DNA of 64,000 nt from an uncultured Bryobacterales bacterium (GCA_937959285.1 CALGAR010000018.1:40103-104102), one strand, 5' to 3'; positions 1-9,703 are shown, counted from the stretch's first letter. The notes: generated from the sequence alone by a model not told the origin. Numbers and translations: made by a program.

Positions 1-837
1 AAGATGCGCGATCAGATTCCGGGTACAGTGAAGTTCATCTTCCAGCCTGCCGAGGAGGGTGTTCCAGCCGGAGAGACCGGCGGCGCTACGCAGATGCTGC
101 GGGAGGGGGTATTGGAGAATCCCAGGCCGAAGGCCATCTTCGCTCTTCATGCAGGACCGCATTTCCGCGCCGGACAGGTGGCCTACACTTCCGGTCCGTT
201 CCTCGCCTCCTCGGACACGTTCACGATCCGGGTAGTTGGAAAAGGGGTGCATGGAGCTTATCCTCACATGGGCCTTGATCCCATTCCTGTCGCGGCAGAA
301 ATCATCCAGGGGCTGCAAACACTCCGGCGCCGCGTCCTGGCTGCGGAACCTTTTGTTTTGACGATCGGAAAAATCGAGGGGGGAACGAGGTTCAACATCG
401 TTGCCAGCGACGTGAAGCTTGACGGGACGCTCCGCACGCTGAACGAGAGCGTGAGGGAACAGTTGAAGTCCCAGATGCGTACATTGGTAACGGGGATCGC
501 GCAGGCGCACGGTCTGACCGCGGAGCTCAAGTTCGTGACGGAAGGCAACCCCGTGACTTACAACGACCCTGCGCTTGTCGCTGCAACCCTTCCTGAGATG
601 AAGCGTCTTCTCGGAGAGAAGAACGTGATCCAGGTGGAACCGCAGATGGGCGCCGAGGATTTTGCCTACTACCAGAAAGTGATCCCAGGCTTTATGTACT
701 GGCTGGGTGTGGGCAATCCCGATAAGGGCATCACAGCCATGATTCATACTGCAGAGTTCGATGTCGACGAGGATAGCCTCGTGACCGGAGTCAAGGTAAT
801 GTCGAACGTTCTGCTCGACTTTCTCGAGCGCAACTGA
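1..837 (+). CDS. M20 family amidohydrolase/peptidase (N-acyl-amino-acid amidohydrolase-like), 5' end outside the window
   Basis: The frame is open from base 1. The FIFQPAEEG metal-site block, GGTRFNIV and AEDFAYY segments are typical of M20D enzymes. Only the C-terminal ~277 aa are present. Confidence 0.8.
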   Translation, partial: KMRDQIPGTVKFIFQPAEEGVPAGETGGATQMLREGVLENPRPKAIFALHAGPHFRAGQVAYTSGPFLASSDTFTIRVVGKGVHGAYPHMGLDPIPVAAEIIQGLQTLRRRVLAAEPFVLTIGKIEGGTRFNIVASDVKLDGTLRTLNESVREQLKSQMRTLVTGIAQAHGLTAELKFVTEGNPVTYNDPALVAATLPEMKRLLGEKNVIQVEPQMGAEDFAYYQKVIPGFMYWLGVGNPDKGITAMIHTAEFDVDEDSLVTGVKVMSNVLLDFLERN

Positions 838-975
838 TCTCTCCTGAATAGCGGGCGCAACCGGCGCGGCCAAAGTGTGTCCGCTTCTGCTACCATAGGG
901 CAATGCGTCTCTAATCGCCCTCCAATAGTTTTCTTTTCTTTCCGTTTTTTGGTTCCAAAAGCAAAAGGGGTACCT

Positions 976-1782
976 GTGTCTTGTCTTGCGATTCGCGTGT
1001 CACAAGTGAAAAAGGTATTTCGAAAGCGCACAGGTTGGTGGCGCGGTCAAAGCACTGAAGAGTGGGCTTTGAAGGGCGTCTCCTTCCATCTGAAACAGGG
1101 CGAGGCGTACGGACTGCTCGGGCCGAACGGCTCAGGCAAATCGACGCTCATTCGAGTTCTTTCCACGCTCCTCGTTCCGGACGGAGGGGAGGTCGAGGTG
1201 CTCGGCTACAAGCTGCCCGAGCAGGAAGCCCAAGTGCGCGAACGGATTGGAAGAGTCAGCGTCGACGCCGCCTTTTATAAGAAGCTCTCCGCGCGAGAGA
1301 ACCTGCTGTACAGCGCGTTCCTGTACGGTTTTGACAAAGCCGAGGCGGAAAAGCGCGCGCGGGAGATTCTCGGCAGGCTTGGATTTCCCCTGCGCCGTTT
1401 CAGCGATCCGCTGGAGGAAGCCAGCCGCGGGATGCAGCAGAAGGTCGCTATCGCTCGGGCCCTGCTCCTTCAGCCGCCTTTGCTTCTTCTGGACGAGCCG
1501 ACCACAGGACTTGATCCGAAAAGCAAGCGCGAGGTGCAGGAGTTTATCGAGGAGTTACGCCGGGAGAGCGGCACCACCATTCTGCTCACGACGCACGACA
1601 TGTTCGAGGCGGAACGTCTTTGCGACCGCATAGGCATGCTCGCTCACGGGAGTTTGGTGGCTGAAGGGTCGGCGGAAGATCTGGTGAGGCTCGCCGGGGG
1701 AGGAACGCTCGAGGACGCGTTCATCAAGTTGTCGGGTGAGAAATTGACAGGTGAAGAGGAGGCAACGGCGGAGGGAGCATGA
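976..1782 (+). CDS. ABC transporter ATP-binding protein (ABC-2/DrrA-like)
   Basis: Walker A GPNGSGKST, signature-like SRGMQQK, Walker B LLLLDEPTTGLD. Start moved to the in-frame GTG at 976, preceded by AAAGGGG; the 877-975 part of the ORF looks like T-rich non-coding sequence. Confidence 0.85.
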   Translation: MSCLAIRVSQVKKVFRKRTGWWRGQSTEEWALKGVSFHLKQGEAYGLLGPNGSGKSTLIRVLSTLLVPDGGEVEVLGYKLPEQEAQVRERIGRVSVDAAFYKKLSARENLLYSAFLYGFDKAEAEKRAREILGRLGFPLRRFSDPLEEASRGMQQKVAIARALLLQPPLLLLDEPTTGLDPKSKREVQEFIEELRRESGTTILLTTHDMFEAERLCDRIGMLAHGSLVAEGSAEDLVRLAGGGTLEDAFIKLSGEKLTGEEEATAEGA

Positions 1783-2600
1783 TCAGCCGGTTCAAACAGA
1801 CATGGGCTTTCGTCTACCGCGATTACCAGCTTACAAGGAGGTATTGGTCGTGGGTCGTTGTGTTCACCGTCTACGCTGTCGTCAGTGGCGCCAGCGTTGC
1901 CCTGATCGGCGTAGCATCGAATGACCGCAAACTGACCCTCACCTTGACGATCGGCGTCCTGTTCTGGAGCGTTCTTTCCGTTCTGTTCAACGAGATTGCA
2001 ATGTCGATCGCGTTTGAGCGGTGGGAAGGGACGCTCGAGTATACGTTCATGGCGCCGGTTTCGCGGCTTATTCACCTGACGGGCGTAAGCCTGTATGCAG
2101 CCGCCTACAGTACACTGCGGGCGATCGCGGTCCTGGGAGGACTTTTTCTGTTTCTCGATCTCGACTTTACGGGAGCAAACCTCTTTGGTCTGCTAATCGT
2201 GCTTGTCGTTAGCAGCTTGGCGTTCGTCGGGCTCGGACTGATTGCGGCGATTCTCCCAGTGATGAGCCCGGAGCGCGGCGCGGAAGCTACGAACATCTTC
2301 CAGAGCATTCTCCTGCTCGTTTCGGGCGTCTACTATCCGATTTCTGTGCTGCCGAAGTGGGTCCAGCCCTTCGCAGCGCTTTCTCCAGCCACTTACGCGT
2401 TGAATGCGAGCCGCAAGCTGCTTGGAGTGGAGACCATGACACCCGACGGAAAACTGATCGGACAGCCTTTGGCAAGCGTTCAGTCGGAACTTGTCACTCT
2501 GGCCGCATTAGGGCTGCTGCTGGTGCCGCTAGGGCTTTGGGTCTTCGGAATGGCGGAGCGGTGGGCGAAGCGGACAGGGAAACTGAAGAGGACAGGATAA
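1779..2600 (+). CDS. ABC-2 type transporter permease
   Basis: ATGA overlap with the upstream ATPase stop. About 6 hydrophobic helices. Size and position fit an ABC-2 membrane subunit. Confidence 0.8.
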   Translation: MISRFKQTWAFVYRDYQLTRRYWSWVVVFTVYAVVSGASVALIGVASNDRKLTLTLTIGVLFWSVLSVLFNEIAMSIAFERWEGTLEYTFMAPVSRLIHLTGVSLYAAAYSTLRAIAVLGGLFLFLDLDFTGANLFGLLIVLVVSSLAFVGLGLIAAILPVMSPERGAEATNIFQSILLLVSGVYYPISVLPKWVQPFAALSPATYALNASRKLLGVETMTPDGKLIGQPLASVQSELVTLAALGLLLVPLGLWVFGMAERWAKRTGKLKRTG

Positions 2601-2606
2601 GGGGCA

Positions 2607-2626
2607 GGGGCGTCTTTTGACGCCCC
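2607..2626. terminator. GC-rich hairpin between convergent genes (possible bidirectional terminator)
   Basis: GGGGCGTC-TTTT-GACGCCCC is a perfect 8-bp stem lying between the permease stop (2600) and the lacD stop (2646). There is no flanking U-tract. Confidence 0.4.
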
Positions 2627-2645
2627 AATCTTGTACTGTTGCAGT

Positions 2646-3662
2646 TCAGGCAACCGCGGCCGGTGCGATTCCGAGCTTCGCGTACCAGGGCTTGGCGCCT
2701 TTGAGCGCTTCGTTCACCGCGGTGATGTTTTTCACGCCTTCCGTCGATAGCCAGTCCTCCAGGGCCTTCACACCCTGCTTCGCGTAGACCGGGATGCCGT
2801 CCTTCCAGGTGGCGCGGCCGCAGAGGACACCCGAGAAATCGGTTCCGGCTTCGGCCGCCATTCTCAGGCTTTCCGTGAACTGGGCGTTGCTGACGCCGGC
2901 GCTGAGGTAGATGAAGGGCTTCGTCGCAACGCTGGCGGCATTGCGGAAGTGCTCCAGCGCCTCCTGGTAGCTGTAGGCCTTCTGGCCCTTGTATACGGAG
3001 CTGCCCTCCACGTACTCTGCGTTGACAGGCACCTCCACTTTCAGCACGTCGACCTTGTAGATGTCCTTCGAGAACTCGGCCATGCTGCGCCGTACAATCT
3101 CCGGCTTCAGCTTCGCGTACTCGAATCCCTTCTCATCTCCGCCTTTAGGATCGTAGCCTACGAACTCGAGGAAGAAGGGAATGTCGTTCGCCTCACACTC
3201 GGCGCCGATCCGTTCCACAAAGGCATGCTTGATATCGTTGATCCGCTCGTCCTCGAACGGCGTGTAGTAGATCAAAATCTTGACCGCGTTCGCACCCCAA
3301 TTCGCGATGCGCCGCACTGAAACGTGAGGCAGAAGATCAGGCAAGCGCCCAGGCTGAGTGTTGTCGTAGCCGCTCGCTTCATAGGCAAGCAGAAGACCCG
3401 CGTTCGCCGAACGGTTACGGGCCGCCTCCAGGCCCCATTCCGGATCAAGGAGAATCGCGCTGGCATGGGGAGTGAGAATTTTCGTGACGGTAACCTTGAA
3501 CTCCGCCATCATCTCATCGGTAACCTGCTTCTTGTCGATCCCCTTGGCAGCGGCGATTGCCTTTTGGAGGCTGCCCCGCTGGTCCATGGCGGCGGCCGCA
3601 ATAATGCCGTTGCCGTCAGCCAGGGCCTTGAGGTGCTTGATCTTCCCTTCGGATAGGCTCAT
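2646..3662 (-). CDS. lacD: Class I tagatose-1,6-bisphosphate aldolase (LacD family)
   Basis: The blocks DQRGSL, LLLAYE.SGYD, ANAVKILIYY, VLKVEVPVN, YLSAGVS and GVLCGRATW match LacD as I recall it. Start set to the ATG at 3662 (MSLSEGK), which has GGAG about 7 nt upstream, instead of the ORF-track ATG at 3689. Confidence 0.85.
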   Translation of the reverse strand: MSLSEGKIKHLKALADGNGIIAAAAMDQRGSLQKAIAAAKGIDKKQVTDEMMAEFKVTVTKILTPHASAILLDPEWGLEAARNRSANAGLLLAYEASGYDNTQPGRLPDLLPHVSVRRIANWGANAVKILIYYTPFEDERINDIKHAFVERIGAECEANDIPFFLEFVGYDPKGGDEKGFEYAKLKPEIVRRSMAEFSKDIYKVDVLKVEVPVNAEYVEGSSVYKGQKAYSYQEALEHFRNAASVATKPFIYLSAGVSNAQFTESLRMAAEAGTDFSGVLCGRATWKDGIPVYAKQGVKALEDWLSTEGVKNITAVNEALKGAKPWYAKLGIAPAAVA

Positions 3663-3704
3663 GAATAGCTCCTGTATAGATTTCCTCAAACAGTATATCT
3701 CGAA

Positions 3705-4697
3705 TCAGACATCAACGTCTGATTCGCTCGTAAAAGCCGGTTCGGGCGACGTCCAGCGTTCGCGGCGGCGGAAATAGGACCGGGCGCGTGTCACGTCGCG
3801 CATAATTTGCGACTTCAACTCCTGTGGCGATGCAAACTTCCGCTCTTCTCTCAAGCGGCGGCAAAAACTCAGCCGGATCCGGCGCGGGGCGTCGCCGGTC
3901 AGGCTTTCGAGCAGAAACGTCTCGATCGTCAGGCTGGTGCCGTTGAAGGTCGGCCGGTAGCCCACGTTTGTTACTGATGGCCAGTGGCGTTCGTGATCGA
4001 GGTCGTATGTTTCGGTGACGTAGACTCCGGTTGCAGGAAGGAGCTCCGCATCGGTGGACAGGTTGAGCGTTGGGACGGTTTGCCGGGAGCCGATGCCTTG
4101 CCCGGAGACGATGCTACCTTCCAGAGAATACGGGCGGCCTAAGAGCCTGGCGGCGAGGGAAACCTGACCGCTTTGCACCAGCCGCCGGACTTCGCTGCTT
4201 GACACAACCCGCCCCCGCAGGCGGATCGCGGGCACGATTTCCGTCTGATATCCGTACTTCTGTCCGAGTGCCTTCAAAGTCTCCGTATCGCCGGACTGCC
4301 GGTTGCCAAAGCGAAAGTTATCGCCGACCAAAACGGCTCGCGCGCCCAACTTTCCGGCTACGACTTCTGAGACGAACTCTTCCGGCGATAGCTCGGAGAA
4401 GGCGCGGCTGAATGGCAGGATCAGAATTTCCTCAATTCCCACTGCAGCCATCAGCTCACACCGCTGCTCGGGCGTCGTCAACAGCTTCGGCGCGCGGTCC
4501 GGAGCCACCACCTTGGTCGGGTGCGGATCAAACAGCATCGCCGCCGCTTTCCATCGGTTTGCGCGCGCGGTCGCGATCACCTTCCGTAGCAGATGCTGAT
4601 GACCCGCGTGGACTCCGTCGAAGTTTCCGATCGTGAGCGCACAAGGACCGAAGTCCGCCCCCACTTCTGTAAGGCTGCGATACACCCGCGCTGTCAT
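3705..4697 (-). CDS. ribF: Bifunctional riboflavin kinase / FMN adenylyltransferase
   Basis: N-terminal GNFDGVHAGHQ nucleotidyltransferase motif and C-terminal riboflavin kinase region (PTLN, ETFLL). Length is 330 aa. Confidence 0.9.
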   Translation of the reverse strand: MTARVYRSLTEVGADFGPCALTIGNFDGVHAGHQHLLRKVIATARANRWKAAAMLFDPHPTKVVAPDRAPKLLTTPEQRCELMAAVGIEEILILPFSRAFSELSPEEFVSEVVAGKLGARAVLVGDNFRFGNRQSGDTETLKALGQKYGYQTEIVPAIRLRGRVVSSSEVRRLVQSGQVSLAARLLGRPYSLEGSIVSGQGIGSRQTVPTLNLSTDAELLPATGVYVTETYDLDHERHWPSVTNVGYRPTFNGTSLTIETFLLESLTGDAPRRIRLSFCRRLREERKFASPQELKSQIMRDVTRARSYFRRRERWTSPEPAFTSESDVDV

Positions 4698-5492
4698 TCA
4701 GGACTTATCTCCAACGCAAACCCTCAAACCGTCGTACGCCAGACGCACATGAGGAGGCAGCAGGCTCTCGGCGCGTTCATGACTCAGGTCGTGAGAAATA
4801 TGCGTGAAGTAAGCGCGCTTCGGAGCAAGGCGTTCCACATACTCCAGCGAGCGCTGCACCGTGCTGTGGGTGGGATGCGGTTTATAACGTAATGCGTCAA
4901 GAAACAGGACGTCGAGACCGTGCAGGAGCTCGAGGGATTCCTCCGGGATTTCGCTATGATCCGTCAAATAGGCCGCTTTGCCGAAACGAAATCCATACAC
5001 GGTTCCACGGCCATGCTTGACGGGAATCGGCAGGAACTCCAGATTGTAGAGGACAATCGGCGAGCCGTTAATCGTGTTCACATCGATCTTTGGAATCGAG
5101 GATTCCGGATTGGTGTTCTCAAAAATGTATGCGAAGCTGCGCTGGATGGATTGAATCGTCTCCGGCGAGCCGTAAATTGGAATTCGACCCGCCTGCCGGA
5201 AGTTGAACGGGCGGATATCGTCCAACCCCATGATGTGGTCAGCATGGGCATGAGTGAATAGAATCGCGTCGAGCCGCTCGATCCCTGCCCGTAGCGCCTG
5301 CTGGCGGAAGTCCGGCGTAGTATCCACCACCACGACGTGGCCATCCCATCGCAATAGAATCGACGGCCGAAGGCGCTGATCGCGAGGATCTGTTGACGTA
5401 CAGACGGCGCAGCGGCAGCCGATGGTCGGCACGCCGACACTGGTGCCCGATCCGAGCACAGTAATCTCTATTTCCGGAAATTGGTCCGGCAT
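4698..5492 (-). CDS. MBL-fold metallo-hydrolase (PhnP-like)
   Basis: HAHADH (HxHxDH) motif. The gene directly abuts ribF downstream and the DUF1844-like gene upstream, which indicates an operon. Confidence 0.8.
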   Translation of the reverse strand: MPDQFPEIEITVLGSGTSVGVPTIGCRCAVCTSTDPRDQRLRPSILLRWDGHVVVVDTTPDFRQQALRAGIERLDAILFTHAHADHIMGLDDIRPFNFRQAGRIPIYGSPETIQSIQRSFAYIFENTNPESSIPKIDVNTINGSPIVLYNLEFLPIPVKHGRGTVYGFRFGKAAYLTDHSEIPEESLELLHGLDVLFLDALRYKPHPTHSTVQRSLEYVERLAPKRAYFTHISHDLSHERAESLLPPHVRLAYDGLRVCVGDKS

Positions 5493-5795
5493 TTACTTGT
5501 TGTGGCCTTCTTCGGATACCTGGACGTAACGAAAACGCAGTTCCGTCAGCGAGTTCTCGAGCAGCCGCTTCTCCTCCAGGCTCAGATTTCCGCGAGTCTT
5601 TTCTTCAATAACTCCGAGCAAATCGATTGCGTGACGGGCCATCTTCAAGTCCGGCTTGGGTTTGTCCTTCTCCTCGCCGAAATGCAGCAGACCTAGGTGC
5701 AGCTCGGCCTGAGTGCGGAGAGACATCACCAGAAACTCGAAGGTGGCCGGAGGTAGCGGAAGTTCAGGAGCTTGTCCGCTGGCTGTGTCACTCAT
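5493..5795 (-). CDS. Small conserved protein (DUF1844-like)
   Basis: 100-aa acidic protein with a FEFLV.SL..QA...LGL pattern that I recall from DUF1844. Codon usage looks coding. The family assignment is unverified. Confidence 0.6.
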   Translation of the reverse strand: MSDTASGQAPELPLPPATFEFLVMSLRTQAELHLGLLHFGEEKDKPKPDLKMARHAIDLLGVIEEKTRGNLSLEEKRLLENSLTELRFRYVQVSEEGHNK

Positions 5796-5827
5796 ATATG
5801 CCTATTCTAGCGATTCCGGACGGCGCA

Positions 5828-5846
5828 GGGAGCCTCCGCGGCTCCC
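5828..5846 (-). terminator. Hairpin downstream of the ECF sigma gene
   Basis: GGGAGCC-N5-GGCTCCC is a 7-bp stem about 25 nt after the sigma-factor stop (5871). There is no U-tract. Confidence 0.35.
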
Positions 5847-5870
5847 GTAACGGGGCGGGCAAGCGGGGCG

Positions 5871-6506
5871 TTACGGAACGGGCTGCGACCAGTTCCGCGG
5901 AGGTGTCAGCGCTTCTCTCATCTTGGAAATGCCGAGGCGGAGGCGGCTCTTCACTGTACCTAGGGATTCACCCAGGCGAGCGGCCAGCTCGGCGTGCGTC
6001 AGCCCTTCGAAGTATGCAAGTTCAATGACAACGCGCTGCGCCTTTGGCAGCAGCGCCATCGCCTCGTGAATTGCGTGAAGGGAGTCCGGGTCGGGGAGGA
6101 CGCGTCCCTGGATCCTACTGTCAAGAGTTATGGCTGGTTCCGCCGGAGATTCTTCTGCAACGGAAAGGTTTCCTCTTCGTAATTCCCGTCTCATGTAGTC
6201 ACGGGAGAGGTTCCGTGCTACGGTTACCAGCCAGGAGAGCAAAGATCCCTTGCTAGCGTCATAAAGACTCGGCCGCTCCCAAAGACGTACAAAAAGATCC
6301 TGTACTAACTCCTCCGCTACAGCCTCATCACCTACGACTCTTAGTACGGCCGAATACACACGCGATGTATATCGCTGGTAAATCTCCAGCAGAGCATTGG
6401 CATCGCGCTCCTTGACCCGAAGCAGCAATAGGGTGTCATCCTTGTCCTGAGACTGATTCCCGGCAATGTACCAGCTATTAGCCACTTGTGCGACAGATGC
6501 TCGCAA
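5871..6506 (-). CDS. ECF-type RNA polymerase sigma-70 family factor
   Basis: Region 2 (EELVQDLFVRLW) and region 4 helix-turn-helix (LTHAELAARLGESLGTVKSRL). TTG start. Confidence 0.85.
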   Translation of the reverse strand: MRASVAQVANSWYIAGNQSQDKDDTLLLLRVKERDANALLEIYQRYTSRVYSAVLRVVGDEAVAEELVQDLFVRLWERPSLYDASKGSLLSWLVTVARNLSRDYMRRELRRGNLSVAEESPAEPAITLDSRIQGRVLPDPDSLHAIHEAMALLPKAQRVVIELAYFEGLTHAELAARLGESLGTVKSRLRLGISKMREALTPPRNWSQPVP

Positions 6507-6625
6507 TCCGGAGATTGTTTCTAAGTCTTTTTTTAACTCTTTGAGAGAGATCCAAACAGCTCTTGACTTCGTTTTATTACTGAACGGGAGTTCACCGTTC
6601 TAAGGTCACTAACTTGGAGGCTACG

Positions 6626-7246
6626 ATGTCGATCTGGAAGGGCAAGACGATGATCTTGTCCCTGTTGCTCATCTCCTCTCTGGTCGCAGTTCAGGTTCCG
6701 GCAGAGGCCTCGACGATTCCTATAGTTGGAGGCCAGACCACAATACTCCTTGATAGCGATTTGTTCTCCCTGCTATCGGGAGCAAATATCTCGTTCAGTC
6801 CGGAGGGTTCTGCAACTCTGTCGGGCCTTACGCTCACACTTCCTATTACGGGCGGTACTGTCGACACAGACACGGAAGAGGCGATCCTCCTGCACCTCGG
6901 GAGCGGACTTTCCTTCTCGAGGATTCTGGGAAGCCTTGTATTCGCCAACTTTCTCGTGGATGTGAACTTGGGAACAGAAACAGGAGGGGTCACCGGCGAT
7001 GTTTCCGGCCGCGTGCTCGACTTTTCCAATGTGCCGCTCTTCACGATCGGAAGCGGTTACGAGCTCTTTCTAACTCCGCAAGCCGCATTTGCCTTTTCGG
7101 CGTTTTTCGGGCTTCCCAACCTTAACGGAGAAAGGTTCGGAGCAATTACATTTGCTCCCACTTTGGTGCCGGAGCCGGACACAATGATTCTCATTGGGGC
7201 CGGGCTCGGGTTGCTTGCCTTGCGCAAAGTGCTCGTCCGCAGCTAG
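6626..7246 (+). CDS. PEP-CTERM sorting-domain secreted protein
   Basis: Signal peptide, T/G/S-rich body, and a C-terminal VPEPDT motif followed by a hydrophobic helix and a basic tail (LRKVLVRS). Start set to the ATG at 6626, with GGAGG 5 nt upstream. Confidence 0.8.
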   Translation: MSIWKGKTMILSLLLISSLVAVQVPAEASTIPIVGGQTTILLDSDLFSLLSGANISFSPEGSATLSGLTLTLPITGGTVDTDTEEAILLHLGSGLSFSRILGSLVFANFLVDVNLGTETGGVTGDVSGRVLDFSNVPLFTIGSGYELFLTPQAAFAFSAFFGLPNLNGERFGAITFAPTLVPEPDTMILIGAGLGLLALRKVLVRS

Positions 7247-7268
7247 TTAGACTCTCTCGTGCCCTCTA

Positions 7269-7298
7269 CCCTGCCAGGTTGTCTGGCAGGGATTTTTT
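7269..7298 (+). terminator. Rho-independent terminator
   Basis: CCCTGCCAG-GTTGT-CTGGCAGGG is a perfect 9-bp stem followed by ATTTTTT, 23 nt after the PEP-CTERM gene stop. Confidence 0.7.
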
Positions 7299-7377
7299 GT
7301 CCCAACTTACTACCAAGCTACAGAAGTACTATACGTTCTATAACAGGAGGAGTTGCTGGCAAATGTAAGGATGGCAG

Positions 7378-8202
7378 TTAGCGGCTCCAGTTGAGCGTGA
7401 CATTCTCCCCGCGTGACCGTCCGTTCAGGCTGACTTGGTCAATCTCCCGCCCGCGGTCGAGTGTGATGGTCATCTCGCCGTGCAGGTCACGCACGGTGTT
7501 ACTCGAGACAACGTCTGCCCGGATGATGCTGTTTCGACGGTCGGTGACCCTGCCCGTGAAGGAGATGCGACGGCGCCGGTCTGTCTCGAAAGTGGCCGTT
7601 ACGGTTCCGTCGCTATCAATGACAATCTCCGCATCGTCGATCGCCTCGCTGCGTTGCCCGGACCGGGCGTAAGTTCCACTGCCGCTGCCCCGGTAGCGAA
7701 TCGTCGCTCCCGGAGCATAGCCGCCTCGAAAATCTTGTCTGGAACGAGAGCGCCGGTCGTCCCATCCTTCATTGCTGGTGATATCCCATGTGAGGCGGAA
7801 GTGATATCGGTCGTCGCCGCCGCTGCCGTCGCGGATCCGCACCACTGCCCGGTATCCATTCCTCCTGGAAGGTTCGGCGAGGAGCTTGATATCGCCGCGT
7901 CCGTCGCGCTTCTCGAAGCGGAAATTCTGCACGTCGCCGCGGGGAAGGGGCTCGTTGCACTCAGACCCTGCATCCTGCGCATCTCTGCCCGCGATGGTGC
8001 GAACGAATACTTGCGATCCCTGCACCGAGACCTCGACCTCGTGATCCACCCTGAGGCGAATATCGCACTGCCCTTTGCCGAAAGGGACGTCGTTGCGCGT
8101 CATTCTGCTCACCGTGAAGCGCGTGTCTGCCGCGGCTGGCAGCGCGCAAATCAGCGCGAATAATCCCGCAGTAGCGGGACGGGTCAAGAGAAGGTGCTTC
8201 AT
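7378..8202 (-). CDS. Hypothetical secreted Arg/Asp-rich two-domain protein
   Basis: Cleavable-looking signal peptide (MKHLLLTRPATAGLFALICALPAAA). The start lies 2 nt after the antiporter stop. I recognise no family. Confidence 0.6.
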   Translation of the reverse strand: MKHLLLTRPATAGLFALICALPAAADTRFTVSRMTRNDVPFGKGQCDIRLRVDHEVEVSVQGSQVFVRTIAGRDAQDAGSECNEPLPRGDVQNFRFEKRDGRGDIKLLAEPSRRNGYRAVVRIRDGSGGDDRYHFRLTWDITSNEGWDDRRSRSRQDFRGGYAPGATIRYRGSGSGTYARSGQRSEAIDDAEIVIDSDGTVTATFETDRRRRISFTGRVTDRRNSIIRADVVSSNTVRDLHGEMTITLDRGREIDQVSLNGRSRGENVTLNWSR

Positions 8203-8203
8203 G

Positions 8204-9703
8204 TCATACAGGATGCGCTATTCCTGTTTCCGGTTCCAAGGACGGTGTTAACCCTGAGCGGGGAGCGGGCTGGCTTTCCGGATGCGGGCTGCGAGGGCCG
8301 ATCCATTGCAGCACGGGCGTTGTCATGAAAGTCGTCACCAGAGCCATGACGACCATCATCGAAAAGAGGGTGGGCGAGATGATGCCGAGGTCGAGCCCGA
8401 TATTCAGGATCACGAGTTGCATGAGGCCCCGGGTGTTCATGAAGGTTCCGATGACCGCCGCCTCGCGCCAGCTCAGCCCCGAGATCCGCGCCGCCACGGC
8501 AGATCCACCCAGTTTGCCGGCCACGGCAACCGCGGTGATCAGCAGGCAGTAGAACCACATTTCGGCGCCTTGAATCGAGCCGAGGCTCGTCCGCAGTCCG
8601 GTGAAGGCGAAAAAGATCGGCAGAAAGAGAACAACTGCGATGGAGTGCAGCTTCTCACTCACCTGGAGAAGGAAACCCTCATTCTTGGGAAGCATGGCGC
8701 CGAAGAGGAACGCTCCAAACAGAATGTGCACACCGAGCCATTCCGTAACAGCGGCCGAAGCGAGCAGGAACAGAAGGATGAGTCCCATCATGTCGTCCGA
8801 GACTCTGCCTCGCTTGCGGTAGACCGTTTCAAAGTGCCGCAGAAGGCGCCGTACCACGGTAAACATGAGAAACACGAACAGCGTCAGCCCGCCCATCGTT
8901 GTCCAGAGCGAGACCGCCTCGTTTGCTCGCACCATGGCAAGGATGTAGGCGAGGATGCACCATGCTGTTACGTCGTCGATGGCAGCGCATGCCAGGGTGA
9001 CGCCTCCGATCCTCGTGCGGAGCATATTGCGCTCCGACAGGATCCTGGCAAGCACCGGAAAGGCAGTGACACTCATCGCTGCGCCGATGAAGAGCGCAAA
9101 CTCGGGAAAGCTGACGCCTTGTTCTGCAAGACGCGGATAGAGATACAGCGCCAGCAGAGCGCCTAGCAGGAAAGGCACGCTGATGCTGACGTGGCTGGTC
9201 AGAAAGGCCGCATGTCCCTCCTTGCGCAGCATCCGCGGGTCGAACTCCATCCCCACCATGAACATGAAGAGCAGCAGTCCCACCTGGCTCAATGTCCCGA
9301 GGTGTCCGAGGCTGCTCGGAGGAAAAAGAGCGTGATACAGTTGCGGCGCCCATACACCAAGGAAGGATGGCCCGAGCAGAATTCCTGCCGCCATCTCACC
9401 GACAACCTGCGGCTGCCCCATCCGGCGTGCGATCATGCCGGCTGACCGTGCCGCAACTACAACGATCGCGATTTGCAGCAGGAGAATGACGAGGTTCAGA
9501 ACAGAACTGCCGATGCCGCTGCCGGCTGCATCGCGCGCGAGCGCAGGAATCTCCGTTGGTGCGAGGGAACTGGCGCCGTACTCCAGAATCGCCGCGAGAG
9601 CGAGGATTGGCGCCCCGACCATGAGGGCGTATCCGAGGATCCATCTGCGGTTCGGCACGACCCAGGACCCAACTGTCAGAGTCAGGGGCGATGGCTGCGT
9701 CAA
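8204..9703 (-). CDS. Cation:proton antiporter (CPA2/Kef-type Na+/H+ or K+/H+ exchanger)
   Basis: About 12 transmembrane helices with an architecture typical of Na_H_Exchanger proteins. TTG start with GGAGG 5 nt upstream. Confidence 0.8.
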   Translation of the reverse strand: MTQPSPLTLTVGSWVVPNRRWILGYALMVGAPILALAAILEYGASSLAPTEIPALARDAAGSGIGSSVLNLVILLLQIAIVVVAARSAGMIARRMGQPQVVGEMAAGILLGPSFLGVWAPQLYHALFPPSSLGHLGTLSQVGLLLFMFMVGMEFDPRMLRKEGHAAFLTSHVSISVPFLLGALLALYLYPRLAEQGVSFPEFALFIGAAMSVTAFPVLARILSERNMLRTRIGGVTLACAAIDDVTAWCILAYILAMVRANEAVSLWTTMGGLTLFVFLMFTVVRRLLRHFETVYRKRGRVSDDMMGLILLFLLASAAVTEWLGVHILFGAFLFGAMLPKNEGFLLQVSEKLHSIAVVLFLPIFFAFTGLRTSLGSIQGAEMWFYCLLITAVAVAGKLGGSAVAARISGLSWREAAVIGTFMNTRGLMQLVILNIGLDLGIISPTLFSMMVVMALVTTFMTTPVLQWIGPRSPHPESQPAPRSGLTPSLEPETGIAHPV

